A stretch of 20,000 nucleotides of DNA from an uncultured virus (IMG/VR IMGVR_UViG_3300024935_000002) (taxonomy: Duplodnaviria; Heunggongvirae; Uroviricota; Caudoviricetes), in IMG/VR virus record IMGVR_UViG_3300024935_000002; one strand, 5' to 3'. Made by a program: the position numbers and the translations under genes. This document shows, one piece after another, positions 1-8,643 of the stretch; position 1 is the first letter of the stretch, and the number at the start of each line of letters is the position of its first letter. Under the pieces are notes generated by a model, which was not told the origin of the DNA, ran no database searches, and was given only the letters and a program-made list of their open reading frames with translations.

Positions 1-625
1 CCGCAGAGCCTCCATGCCCGGCACGCATGCGCGCCAGTACGATCCTGGCGTCGTTGATCGCCTGCTTTTGCACCTCTCCGGTACAGCGCTGCGCCGTATA
101 GAGCAGGGTGTGCAGCAGCTGCAGCTCGGCCCCGGTCGTACCGCCCGCGTTGGCCGCCAGCGACTGCAGGAACGGCAGCAGCTTCGCCTCGGGCATGGTG
201 CCTGTTTCAATGGTCGGGCCATGGAACTCGCCACCATAGGCAATCCAGAGCGCGCGCACCACGCCCTCGCTGGGCATTGCCCGCGCTGTGCGGTCTGCGT
301 CGATGGCAGCTTTGGCAATTTCCGCCACTCGCTCACCATCCTCCGCTACTAGGCGGAAGTCATCGCTGCTCATGGTGCCGTGGCTCCACGCTTGCCAGAC
401 GCGCGTGCAGTCGTAGGCATCGCCCAGGGCGGTCGCCACCGCATCGGTGACGTGCTCCGGCAGTTCGTCGGGAGCTGCCCCCAGTTTGATCACTGGCCGC
501 GATAGTGCATCGGCCGCCTGCTGCATCAGCGGAATCAGGTCGGCCAGTGGGTAGCTCTTGGCGCGCACCGATGTGCAGGCGTCGCGCAGGCGCTGGGCCA
601 GATCATGGTTCGTTGTGGTGGTCAT
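1..625 (-). CDS. Phage hypothetical protein (Ea22/Ead-like mosaic), truncated at window edge
   Basis: Not in the ORF track. ATG at 625 overlaps the upstream stop (TGATG) and the frame is open to the edge: MTTTTNHDLAQRLRDAC...ALGDAYDCTRVWQAWSHGTMSSDDF... Confidence 0.75.
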   Translation of the reverse strand, partial: MTTTTNHDLAQRLRDACTSVRAKSYPLADLIPLMQQAADALSRPVIKLGAAPDELPEHVTDAVATALGDAYDCTRVWQAWSHGTMSSDDFRLVAEDGERVAEIAKAAIDADRTARAMPSEGVVRALWIAYGGEFHGPTIETGTMPEAKLLPFLQSLAANAGGTTGAELQLLHTLLYTAQRCTGEVQKQAINDARIVLARMRAGHGGSA

Positions 626-1275
626 CAGAATCCTCTCCGTGTCTGTTCGCGGCCCAAGAAGCTGTAGCCAAGGGCATCGGCAAAGTGACTGCGTGGTGTG
701 TCGGGGTACATGCGCTGAGTGCGTTCCACGCCCGTCCCGCGCTCGTATTCGGCGGCCAGAATTTCAAGCGCCAGCTTGGCCGTGCGCTCCGTGGCTTCCA
801 TGGCGGCGATCAGGGCGCGCTCACCTGCGATGCGCGACTCGATCACGTCCAGGTACACGTTGCGCTCGGTCTTGGGCTTCACGCGGTCGCGCTGGGCCTC
901 AAGGCGCCTGATGGACTGGCGTGCTATGGAGGTCTTCATAGCGGCACCGGCGCGGCCGGCCTGCAGCGCTTCGCGCACACCTTCCACAGGGTCATCCTTG
1001 TTGATGTCCACCGCCTCCGCGAACAGTTTGCGGATCAGCTCTCGGGCGCCTTCTTCCTCGGTTGTGGCCTGGCCGTCTTCCCCGGCGTCGTACCGTGCGC
1101 GCCGGGCGGGGTCGGTCAGAACGTCCTTGGCTGCGTTCAGGGCCTGCATGCGCTCATGGCTTCCGCCACGGTCTGGGTGTGCGTGGCGCGCGGCGCGGCG
1201 GTATGCCCGCTTGATGTCGTCCAAGCTGGCATCAGGTGCCACGCCCAGCGTGGCGTAGTGATCGGGGCGGCTCAT
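625..1275 (-). CDS. J-domain (DnaJ-like, class C) protein, 216 aa
   Basis: ATG at 1275 (ATGA overlap). DHYATLGV...IKRAYRRAARHAHPDRGG...LNAAKDVLTDPARRARYD is a complete J-domain with HPD; the C-terminus is helical. Confidence 0.9.
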   Translation of the reverse strand: MSRPDHYATLGVAPDASLDDIKRAYRRAARHAHPDRGGSHERMQALNAAKDVLTDPARRARYDAGEDGQATTEEEGARELIRKLFAEAVDINKDDPVEGVREALQAGRAGAAMKTSIARQSIRRLEAQRDRVKPKTERNVYLDVIESRIAGERALIAAMEATERTAKLALEILAAEYERGTGVERTQRMYPDTPRSHFADALGYSFLGREQTRRGF

Positions 1276-1862
1276 ACCCGCAGCAGGCTCGCAGCCAATC
1301 GGTCGAAGGCGGGGGAGGGTGTCTCGCCCAGCTTCTTCATGATCGTGGACAGCTCGCGCACGAGGATGGCCTGTGGGTCTTTGGGTTCGTGCCAGAGCGC
1401 TGGCTCCTGCACGTTCAGAGTGGTCATCACCAGCTTCATGTCTGCCTCGGTCACAGCGGTACCGACATGCTGCGCGGCCTGCAACGTCAGCCCTTCCAGG
1501 CTGGAGAACGCGGACATTTTTTGGCCTTTGAGCCATTCGCAGGCGCGGTAGAAGGCAACGGGATCGAGCGCGGCTTGGGCGGTGGTTTTGGTCATGGTGA
1601 TGGCGTCGGGTTTGGGGGTGGTTCGATTGGTGGTGACGGGCAATGGCAGGGCGTTTTCGCGGGCGAAGCGCTTCATGGCGCTCAGCTCGTTCAAGTCGCC
1701 GCGTGCGTCGCTGCGTGTGCCCATGCTGATGCTGAAAACGCGCTCCGCGCCGTTCTCTGCCAGGCACAGCAGCGTGGCCCGGTTGGCTTTGCGCTCGTAG
1801 CGCACGGGGGAAAGGCCGGCTTGCTCGGCCATGGTGTGGATGTCTCTCTGTCGTCGTTCCAT
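1272..1862 (-). CDS. Hypothetical protein, possible HicA-like N-terminal fold
   Basis: GGAG RBS before ATG 1862; TRSDARGDLNELSAMKR resembles the TPSDxRxxxNxxAxLRR motif of phage HicA-like proteins. Confidence 0.7.
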   Translation of the reverse strand: MERRQRDIHTMAEQAGLSPVRYERKANRATLLCLAENGAERVFSISMGTRSDARGDLNELSAMKRFARENALPLPVTTNRTTPKPDAITMTKTTAQAALDPVAFYRACEWLKGQKMSAFSSLEGLTLQAAQHVGTAVTEADMKLVMTTLNVQEPALWHEPKDPQAILVRELSTIMKKLGETPSPAFDRLAASLLRV

Positions 1863-1948
1863 GGGTTCTCCAGGCAATCAGGACAGAGCGCCGCGCGCCC
1901 TGTGCTCATGGCCCGGCCTGCCCGCGGGTGGCGGGCGGGGCTTGGGGT

Positions 1949-2755
1949 TTAGGTGTTGGGGGTGCCGTTGAGGATCGGCAGCTTGGTTTCGTCAGCGATC
2001 TGCTTGCGCAGCTCTGCCACGGCGGCCTCGATGGTCTTGTGCGGGCGGATCAGTTCGATCCACATGGTCAGGCGGCCACCGTCTTGAATGCGGTAGCGCA
2101 GGCGCACATTCAGCTGCCACTTGGCGCCGTTTTCAAACACCGGGATGCCGATGATGAATTCCTCGGGCACCTTGAGCTGACCCTTCTGCGCGGTGCCCTG
2201 AACGTCTTCCTCGTAGGTGAACTGGTGCGAGCCGTCCGACAGGCGGATGGCGCTGGCGAAGTTCACCTTCTTCTTGGCTTCCAGGGTGCGGCAGATTTCC
2301 AGCAGGGTGGCGCCGTCCGGGTTCACCACGTCCACCAGGTTGTTTTCGATGAACTGGGCCAGCTCCACCTGGGACTTGTGAACGCCGTTCATGCCGTTCC
2401 ATGCCTTCCACTCGGGCGACAGCGGCGCGTTGTAGCGCGCACGGTGGTCGCCCCAACCGGCTTCGGCGCCGATGTGGTTGAACACGGCGGTGAAGGTTGG
2501 CGGGTCGATGGTGCTGAACAGGCGCGTTCTGCTTTCCGCCTTTTGGTCGTTGACCACGGCGATGAAGCTCTCTGCGTCGTTCAGCGTGGTGGTGCCCTTT
2601 TTGCGGGTCGGCGCTGGGAGCAGGTGAGACAGCTCCTTGAATTCATAGCCCTCGGGCAGGATGAATCCGGGGGTGCCAGCAAACTGGTAGCCGCCCTGAT
2701 TGCACGCGGCCAGCTCGTCGCGGGCTTCGGTTTCAGTTTTCTCTTGTTGTCCCAT
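1949..2755 (-). CDS. yfdQ: YfdQ / DUF2303 family protein
   Basis: AGGAG RBS; motifs FTAVFNH...GWGDHRARY...SPEWKAW, SQVELAQFIENN, VPEEFIIGIPVFENG, RLRYRI. Confidence 0.85.
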   Translation of the reverse strand: MGQQEKTETEARDELAACNQGGYQFAGTPGFILPEGYEFKELSHLLPAPTRKKGTTTLNDAESFIAVVNDQKAESRTRLFSTIDPPTFTAVFNHIGAEAGWGDHRARYNAPLSPEWKAWNGMNGVHKSQVELAQFIENNLVDVVNPDGATLLEICRTLEAKKKVNFASAIRLSDGSHQFTYEEDVQGTAQKGQLKVPEEFIIGIPVFENGAKWQLNVRLRYRIQDGGRLTMWIELIRPHKTIEAAVAELRKQIADETKLPILNGTPNT

Positions 2756-2794
2756 GGGTTTTCTCCTGGTTGGAACGGGTTGATGGAATGGGGA

Positions 2795-3211
2795 TCAGTG
2801 GACGGCGCGCAGGGGTTGCGCGTCGTCGGCGGCGGGCGCCGTGCGCAGCTCGGTTCGAGCGGCGGCTTCCTGGTCGGCGGTGCGCAGGCCGTCCAGCGTG
2901 GTTTGGCGGGGGTTCTCGCGCTGCAGGTTGTTGTCAGGCGTGGCGAACATGAGGGTCTTGCCGCGCGTGGGCTGCGGTACTTTGGCCTTCACATCGGCCT
3001 CCAGCTCCACCTGGCCGGTGGTGCCGATGGGTTTCAGCTTGACTTTGATGGTCAGCTCACCAGCTTTGCCGGTCTGCGTGGCCGCGTGCACGATGTCCTG
3101 CAGCGCGTCGGTGGCTTCCTGCTCCAGGTTGCCGAAATCCAGCTGCTTGAAGAAGTCGGTGAACGGCTTGCGCTTGGTCTGCAGCGTGGGCGATTTGAGT
3201 GTGGTACTCAT
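2795..3211 (-). CDS. YfdP-like partner of YfdQ
   Basis: GGAG RBS; TGKAGELTIKVKLKP...KVPQPTRGKTLMFATPDNNLQRENPRQ is typical of the gene upstream of DUF2303. Confidence 0.75.
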   Translation of the reverse strand: MSTTLKSPTLQTKRKPFTDFFKQLDFGNLEQEATDALQDIVHAATQTGKAGELTIKVKLKPIGTTGQVELEADVKAKVPQPTRGKTLMFATPDNNLQRENPRQTTLDGLRTADQEAAARTELRTAPAADDAQPLRAVH

Positions 3212-3221
3212 GGGTCACTCC

Positions 3222-3249
3222 AAAAAAATGGCCCGCACAGTGGCGGGCC
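3222..3249 (-). terminator. Intrinsic terminator
   Basis: Minus strand GGCCCGC-6nt-GCGGGCC followed by A and T7. Confidence 0.75.
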
Positions 3250-3278
3250 GGTTGCGGGAATGGGGCGGCGGCGAGGGC

Positions 3279-3770
3279 TTACTTGCCTGCCAGGGTGGCG
3301 AAGGTGGACAGCGCGGCGAGAACGGTGTTCTCCACGTAGCGGATGCCGCTCATGGTGGCGGCGGCCTTGGGGAAGGTGTTCACCGGCTGCTCGCCCAACT
3401 TGCGCACGTTGATGATGAAAGCGGCTGCCAGCAGGCGGGTGTGGCCTTCCAGGCTGTCAGGGTCGAAGCCGGGCTTGGCCATGCCCACCAGCTCGGCCAC
3501 ATCGGGCGGGATCTCGACAGCGGCGCTGACGTGTCGGTGCTCGGTTTCTTCTGCCGCTTCAGCGGCGGCATTCACCTTCTGCTCGCCCGCCGTGGTCGGG
3601 TGGCAGGCGTCGCAGGTGGGGTCATCGCACTTGGCTGACAGCAGTTCCTTGAGGCCAGGGGGAAGACCATCGGCACCAGGGGCGGTGTCGGGAATGGAGG
3701 CGATGATGTCTGCCAGCAGCAGGGCTGCCAGCATGGCGCTCATGGGAGGGCGGGTAGAGGTTGCGGACAT
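3279..3770 (-). CDS. Hypothetical protein with CDDPTCDAC motif
   Basis: AAGGAG RBS before ATG 3770; single gene between two terminators. Confidence 0.75.
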   Translation of the reverse strand: MSATSTRPPMSAMLAALLLADIIASIPDTAPGADGLPPGLKELLSAKCDDPTCDACHPTTAGEQKVNAAAEAAEETEHRHVSAAVEIPPDVAELVGMAKPGFDPDSLEGHTRLLAAAFIINVRKLGEQPVNTFPKAAATMSGIRYVENTVLAALSTFATLAGK

Positions 3771-3792
3771 TGAGGTTCTCCTTGAGATAGGC

Positions 3793-3818
3793 AAAAAAAG
3801 ACCCGCAGAGGGCGGGCC
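3793..3818 (-). terminator. Intrinsic terminator
   Basis: Minus strand GGCCCGC-5nt-GCGGGTC followed by T7. Confidence 0.75.
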
Positions 3819-3833
3819 GGTGGGGTGGTGAGA

Positions 3834-4118
3834 TCAGTGTTTCTTGGCCCGGCTTGCGCGCTGGTCGTCGTAACCAGAGAACAAAGGGTTCAACTGCTGG
3901 CGCAGGTCTATCCGCTCATCCAGGGCTACACCAGCGCAAGCCATTGCAGAGCCAGCGGCATACAGCACGCCGTAGAGAGCGGTGAATACGCCATGTGCGT
4001 CAGAGCACTCGTTCATCAGGTCAATGACCTTGTCAGCCAGATCGCCTGCGCCGCCAGTCTTGATTTCTTTGGTAGCGCGGTGCACACCGGGCTTGTTCGG
4101 GTCAGTCGTGTCGCTCAT
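3834..4118 (-). CDS. Hypothetical protein, 94 aa
   Basis: AAGGAG RBS before ATG 4118. Confidence 0.7.
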   Translation of the reverse strand: MSDTTDPNKPGVHRATKEIKTGGAGDLADKVIDLMNECSDAHGVFTALYGVLYAAGSAMACAGVALDERIDLRQQLNPLFSGYDDQRASRAKKH

Positions 4119-4139
4119 GGATGCTCCTTGGGGCATGAG

Positions 4140-4162
4140 AAAGCCCGCACGCGGCGGGCTTT
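4140..4162 (-). terminator. Terminator-like hairpin
   Basis: AAAGCCCGC-5nt-GCGGGCTTT; the T tracts are short. Confidence 0.55.
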
Positions 4163-4210
4163 GGTGGTGTTGGGTGCTGGAGTGAAAGGTCTGGATCGGT
4201 CCCGGGATAG

Positions 4211-5320
4211 TTACGCGGCTGCCTTAGCCTGCACGGCCTCGATGTGGCGCACCATGGCGGCCAGGATCAGAGGGAAATCGGCCTCGCGGTACACGCCATG
4301 GGCGCCCACCTTGCCAGCAGGTTCAAAGCCCAGGATGCGCAAGCCCTCGGCGCTGGTGGTGATGGCGCCGCCCAGGCGCTCATTGATCGTGCCCAGCTTG
4401 AGGCCGGGAGCTGCTGCTTCCTGAACAGGCGCGGGCGCGGGGGCGTTGCGGGCGGCGGCCCAACTGCTCACGCGCTGGCGGGCCGGGGCGAGCGGGTCAA
4501 CTTGCTCGGCCGCAGGCTGCACTATCTGATCTGCGGTGGGCCCACCCCATGGCTCTACCTCGAACGCCGTGTAATCCGCGGCTGGTGCTGCTGCGGGTGG
4601 CTCCACCGGGGCAGGGGCTGGCGCGGGTGCCTGGGCGGCCAGCTTGGCGCGGGCTTCTTCAAGTTCTTTTTGCAGGCGGGCGTTTTCGATACGGGTCTTT
4701 TCGCTCTCGACCATGGCCAGCAGGCGCTGCACGGTGGCGAGGCATGCTGCCTCGGCTTCCTTGGCGAATTCCTCCCATTCCTCGCCAAAGGTCATTGCGC
4801 CCAGGGTGGCAATGGCGTTCTCGATCACTTCCACCGGCTGGCCCTCGGCCTGCTCCACGTAGGCCTTGAGCTGTTCGATGTTGGCGCGATGGGCGCCGAC
4901 ACGCTCGGCCTCCTCGCGGTCGCGCTCGGCCTTCTCATCGGCCTTGCGCTTTTCCTCGGCCTTGATCTGGGCATCAATGGCATCTTCGACCGGCTTCACG
5001 ATGGCGATCAGGCGCTCCACTTCGTCGCCCATCACCTTCTTGAGTTCGTTCACGTCCGCTTTCACGGAGGCCTCGGTGCGGGTCAGCATGCGCCGGCCGT
5101 TGTCGCGCAGATCCGCGCGGGCCGCCTTAGCGTCGGCCATGCCCTTTGAGTCGGCTACGCTGTAAACCACGTCGCGGTACTTCTCCGCCATGGCGGTCAG
5201 CCCTGCCTCGGTGTCCTTGAACTGGGCCAGCACCGTGTCCTTGATGGACATAGGCTTGGCCGCGATGTTGGTGGCCTGCTGTTGCGCCACGGCGGTGGTG
5301 GGGGTTGCGGTTTCAGTCAT
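4211..5320 (-). CDS. Coiled-coil recombination-module protein (DUF1351-like) with conserved phage C-terminal domain
   Basis: GAGGAG RBS; long charged helices, AP-rich linker, C-terminal LKLGTINERL...LGF...YREADFP...HI; directly downstream of the exonuclease. Confidence 0.75.
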   Translation of the reverse strand: MTETATPTTAVAQQQATNIAAKPMSIKDTVLAQFKDTEAGLTAMAEKYRDVVYSVADSKGMADAKAARADLRDNGRRMLTRTEASVKADVNELKKVMGDEVERLIAIVKPVEDAIDAQIKAEEKRKADEKAERDREEAERVGAHRANIEQLKAYVEQAEGQPVEVIENAIATLGAMTFGEEWEEFAKEAEAACLATVQRLLAMVESEKTRIENARLQKELEEARAKLAAQAPAPAPAPVEPPAAAPAADYTAFEVEPWGGPTADQIVQPAAEQVDPLAPARQRVSSWAAARNAPAPAPVQEAAAPGLKLGTINERLGGAITTSAEGLRILGFEPAGKVGAHGVYREADFPLILAAMVRHIEAVQAKAAA

Positions 5321-5329
5321 GAAATCTCC

Positions 5330-6064
5330 TCAGAAAAGGGTTGGCAGCAGCACGCGCGAGGCGGCTGTGCTGGAAAGTTGTGGGGGTGGGGTGACAACCT
5401 TGGCCTGAACGTCGATCACGTCCATGCGGTGTGTGTCGTCAAACTCGCGGATCAGCTGCTCGTAGTACGCGCTGGCAGCCTCACAGCGGTGGCGGATGAG
5501 CGATTCCTTCTGGAAGTCGCGTTCAATGACCCAGGTGGTCAATCGGTGCTGTGGCGGGATGTGGTCAACCAGGTGCTGATCCATGGGCTCGTTGCGGATC
5601 AGCTCGTGCGGGGTGTTCACCATCACGTAGTTCACTTCCCACTCGTCGGCATCCCAGAGCATCATGTAGCCGCGCATTTGCCAGTCGTAGAGCGGGTCGA
5701 TGGCGTCAACGGTCCATGCCGGGAAGGTCTTGAGGGACCATGGTGCTTTGATGTCGTGCCCACGGCGCCGGGGAGCGTCGAACAGGTCGCACTCGCCGGT
5801 GATCCACTCGTTGCGGCGGCGCTCGGTGTTCTTCGCCAGATTCAGGCCGCGCACCTTGTTCAGCAGGGCGATGGCGGTGTTCTCCACCGCAATGCCCTTG
5901 TCGGTTTCCTTGCTGGACACCTCAAACTCCACGCTGAACAGTTCTTCCTTGACCAGCTGGCGGATGTAGGAGCGCGCGCCCATGGACAGATCGCCCTCGG
6001 CCCTGGTGCGCGGCTCCGTCATCAGGTGACCCAGGCTGGAGCAGCGGAAACGAATGTCACGCAT
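5330..6064 (-). CDS. Phage exonuclease, PD-(D/E)XK / YqaJ-lambda exo-like
   Basis: RCSSL, KG..VE, WITGECDL...DIKAPW and YDWQMRGYM motifs; coupled to erf. Confidence 0.85.
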   Translation of the reverse strand: MRDIRFRCSSLGHLMTEPRTRAEGDLSMGARSYIRQLVKEELFSVEFEVSSKETDKGIAVENTAIALLNKVRGLNLAKNTERRRNEWITGECDLFDAPRRRGHDIKAPWSLKTFPAWTVDAIDPLYDWQMRGYMMLWDADEWEVNYVMVNTPHELIRNEPMDQHLVDHIPPQHRLTTWVIERDFQKESLIRHRCEAASAYYEQLIREFDDTHRMDVIDVQAKVVTPPPQLSSTAASRVLLPTLF

Positions 6065-6896
6065 GGGCACGTCGCGTCTGTTGCGGGTCAGCGGGCAGGC
6101 TGTTGCCGTGCTGGGTGATGATTTGCATCAGCGACTGGTAGCCCTCAAAGTCCTTCGCATCCTGGAAGGTCTTTCGGGCTTGGCGCATCACGTCGGTGAG
6201 CACTGCGCGCGTCTTGGTGGATTTGACCTTCTCGGTCCACTGCTCCAGCATCGTTTTTTCGGGCCCCTGGCCGTTGCCAGCGCTGTTCCCGTCGTCGTCG
6301 TCCTCGCCAACGGCCACGTTGAAGATGTCTTTGAGCAAGTAGCGTTTGGCGTAGGTCTTGCCTGAGCCCACGGCGTGCGTTTTGGTCATCACGTCGCCGC
6401 CCTTGGCTCCCTTGCCATCTGCAGGTATGTCGCACCGGTAAGTGCGGGTATGACCGGCGATGTGCGACACATAGCAAAGCACCCGGATATGACCGTCAGG
6501 CGCTCCATCGGCCTGGTCAAAGCTCAAGGCAAACCCATGGCTTGTGTAGATCGGCCGGATGTGGCGGTCCAGCTGTGCATAGGAGGCGTAAAGGCTGCGG
6601 GTCTGCGGGTTGACGGCATCTGCAGACACACGGCCCATGCGGCTTTGGGCTGCGGCCATGGCCGCGTTGAATTGCTGCTCAGCATCCCGAGCTGCGATGT
6701 GCTCGTGCATTCCGAGCAGCCTCTCCATCTTCTCTATGTTCACACTGGGGTCGTGTGCTGCGGAAATGATGGCCTGCGTCAGCGCCGAAGAATCAGAGCG
6801 GGTCACCTCGGTGGAGCGTTGCTGCACGGGGGTCGGATGCGTTTCAAGGGGCGTCAATGTCAGCCCATCGGCGGTTGCAGTTGCGGCATCGTTCAT
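6057..6896 (-). CDS. erf: ERF family single-strand annealing protein
   Basis: YASYAQLDRHIRPIYTSHGF and the ERF signature GSGKTYAKRYLL...FNVAVGEDDDDGN. Confidence 0.9.
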   Translation of the reverse strand: MNDAATATADGLTLTPLETHPTPVQQRSTEVTRSDSSALTQAIISAAHDPSVNIEKMERLLGMHEHIAARDAEQQFNAAMAAAQSRMGRVSADAVNPQTRSLYASYAQLDRHIRPIYTSHGFALSFDQADGAPDGHIRVLCYVSHIAGHTRTYRCDIPADGKGAKGGDVMTKTHAVGSGKTYAKRYLLKDIFNVAVGEDDDDGNSAGNGQGPEKTMLEQWTEKVKSTKTRAVLTDVMRQARKTFQDAKDFEGYQSLMQIITQHGNSLPADPQQTRRAHA

Positions 6897-6903
6897 GTGA
6901 ACC

Positions 6904-7002
6904 TCACGGAATGAATGGTTGGTGAACCCAGGCCATGTAGAAGGCCAGGGCAGCGGCGTGGAAAAAGAACAGGGCGGCGGCCAGGAGCAGGACTGTTTTC
7001 AT
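6904..7002 (-). CDS. 32-aa single-TM peptide
   Basis: ATGA overlap and GGAAG upstream; MKTVLLLAAALFFFHAAALAFYMAWVHQPFIP. Confidence 0.55.
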   Translation of the reverse strand: MKTVLLLAAALFFFHAAALAFYMAWVHQPFIP

Positions 7003-7220
7003 GGCTTCTTCCACTGCACCCAGGCGCCACGCAGATAGACAGCGCTGTAGGCGACGGATAGGGCCAGCAGGCCCCAGGCCGATGACTGCAGCGCAAAGGT
7101 GATCCAGAAAGGCTGCCCGCACAGGCCTACGATGGGCGCCCAGCGCCGGGCTCGCGCGTTGTTTCCCGTGGCCATGTAGAGGGCGGTCAGCCCGAAGAAT
7201 GCGAGGGCGAGCTGGATCAT
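6999..7220 (-). CDS. Small 3-TM membrane protein, possibly PnuC-like half-transporter
   Basis: 73 aa with three hydrophobic segments; GLCGQPFW...WG...Y...RG..W pattern. Confidence 0.65.
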   Translation of the reverse strand: MIQLALAFFGLTALYMATGNNARARRWAPIVGLCGQPFWITFALQSSAWGLLALSVAYSAVYLRGAWVQWKKP

Positions 7221-7402
7221 TTGGAGCTACCCCAGACATGCCGTGTGCACACCGGGCAGATGACGAACCAACGGGCGCCATCGCGTGGATCTGGTGACCA
7301 CTGCACCTCGGAGTGCTTGAATTCCAGCTCGCTCTTGCAGTGGCCGCAGGTTTCGCGGTGAATCTGCTCGTCTGGCAGCTTGCCTTGCTTGATGACCTTC
7401 AC
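7217..7402 (-). CDS. Zinc-ribbon protein, 61 aa
   Basis: GTGA overlap start; CGHC...CPVC. Confidence 0.75.
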   Translation of the reverse strand: MKVIKQGKLPDEQIHRETCGHCKSELEFKHSEVQWSPDPRDGARWFVICPVCTRHVWGSSK

Positions 7403-7983
7403 GGCAGCCTCCGAAACTCGACTACCCACACCCAGGGGTTGGCGTCCCAGCTGCCTGGACCGTTGATGGATTCCCACAGCGCGCGAAACATGGCGCGCGG
7501 GATCGTCTCGCCTGGGGCGCTGGTCATGGGGCAGCCGATGGCGGATGGCAGTGCGCCACAGCCCTCGTCAACGCAATCGGCGTCGCTGATGTCCTGCAGC
7601 CGCTCCACGCGCACGCGGGTGATTTCCAGGGTGATGCGGCTGACCCAGCGGGGCATGAACATGCTCGGGCGCAGCTTCCCGAATCCAGGCTGGTGCGGGG
7701 CGTCGGCCTCGTACCAAATGCGATGTGCCGGGGTCAGCTCGCGTGGTGGCAGGTGATCCACGGCAGAAACTGTGCGCCACGCCTCACGCACCCGTAAGCG
7801 GTCGCCGGGGACGCCGTAGGGGCACATTGCATTTTCGGGCAGCGCCACGAACTCAGGCGTGAAGCCATCGCGTTCAAGCCAGTCCAGGGCTGCGCCTTTC
7901 ACGATCCGCCGCGTCATCAACTTGATGTCGCTCAGCGTGGCGCGCACCATTGGCACTTTGAAGGGAAGGGGGCGCTCTTTCAT
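7399..7983 (-). CDS. ASCH/PUA-like phage protein
   Basis: MKERP..F...MVRA.L...K..TRR, CPYG.PGDRL.VRE, PSMFMPRW.SRITLEIT.VRVERLQDIS, W.ANPWVWVVEF. Confidence 0.85.
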   Translation of the reverse strand: MKERPLPFKVPMVRATLSDIKLMTRRIVKGAALDWLERDGFTPEFVALPENAMCPYGVPGDRLRVREAWRTVSAVDHLPPRELTPAHRIWYEADAPHQPGFGKLRPSMFMPRWVSRITLEITRVRVERLQDISDADCVDEGCGALPSAIGCPMTSAPGETIPRAMFRALWESINGPGSWDANPWVWVVEFRRLP

Positions 7984-8228
7984 GGCTGCACGCCCCGCGC
8001 CACCATTCCGGCTGCAACATCAGCGCGAGCGCGGCGCTCGGGCGTCCAAAGGTCGGGGCGCTCTTGCTGCGCCTGTGCCAGTGCATCCCGCAGGTTTGCA
8101 GCGTTGTCGGCCTCGGATTCCCAGTCTGCGGGGCCGTCCAGCAGGTAGCTGCCGCCCAAGAGATACGAGGTCAACAGAACTGCTGCGGCGATACAGAAAA
8201 AAGCCTTGAGGTTTTCAAAGGGGGGCAT
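7980..8228 (-). CDS. Hypothetical protein with N-terminal TM anchor
   Basis: AAGGAG RBS; overlaps both neighbours; hydrophobic N-terminal segment. Confidence 0.7.
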   Translation of the reverse strand: MPPFENLKAFFCIAAAVLLTSYLLGGSYLLDGPADWESEADNAANLRDALAQAQQERPDLWTPERRARADVAAGMVARGVQP

Positions 8229-8407
8229 CAGGGTTCTCCTTGTTCAAGTGCGTCCGGGTCCAGATCCGCGCCAATGGCCGCAGCCTCTCTCTGGCGCTGG
8301 GTGGCGGCTTCATTGCGGCGCTTGGTTTCAGCCTGTGCTTCCTGGGATGCGGCAAGGGCATCGCGGCTGGTGCTGGTGAAGTGCGGGGAGTTGATGGGGT
8401 CGATCAC
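8228..8407 (-). CDS. Hypothetical protein, 59 aa
   Basis: GTGA overlap start at 8407; fills the operon exactly. Confidence 0.6.
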   Translation of the reverse strand: MIDPINSPHFTSTSRDALAASQEAQAETKRRNEAATQRQREAAAIGADLDPDALEQGEP

Positions 8408-8643
8408 TTCTCGCTCCCAAAGCCGCGCACGGTGATTTGCAGGTTCTCGCCGTATCTCTGCACCGAGAAATCCTTTTCGATCAGGGCGATACACATGGCT
8501 CCAACCCGCTCGCGGATGGCCTTCTCTGCTTGCGCTACTGCCTGTTGAATGGCGGGCTCTGCCGCGCGCTGCATTTCGGCCGACATTTCCGCTTTCAGGC
8601 GTGCCAGTGCGTTGTCGGCGTGGATGAATGTCTTCGTGCTCAC
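8404..8643 (-). CDS. Hypothetical protein, 79 aa
   Basis: GTGA overlap start at 8643 (MSTKTFIHADNAL...). Confidence 0.65.
   Translation of the reverse strand: MSTKTFIHADNALARLKAEMSAEMQRAAEPAIQQAVAQAEKAIRERVGAMCIALIEKDFSVQRYGENLQITVRGFGSEK

Noticed and set aside
1276..1767. N-terminal extension of the J-domain ORF to 380 aa
   Set aside because: Overlaps the upstream gene in another frame; ATGA coupling at 1275 gives a clean start.
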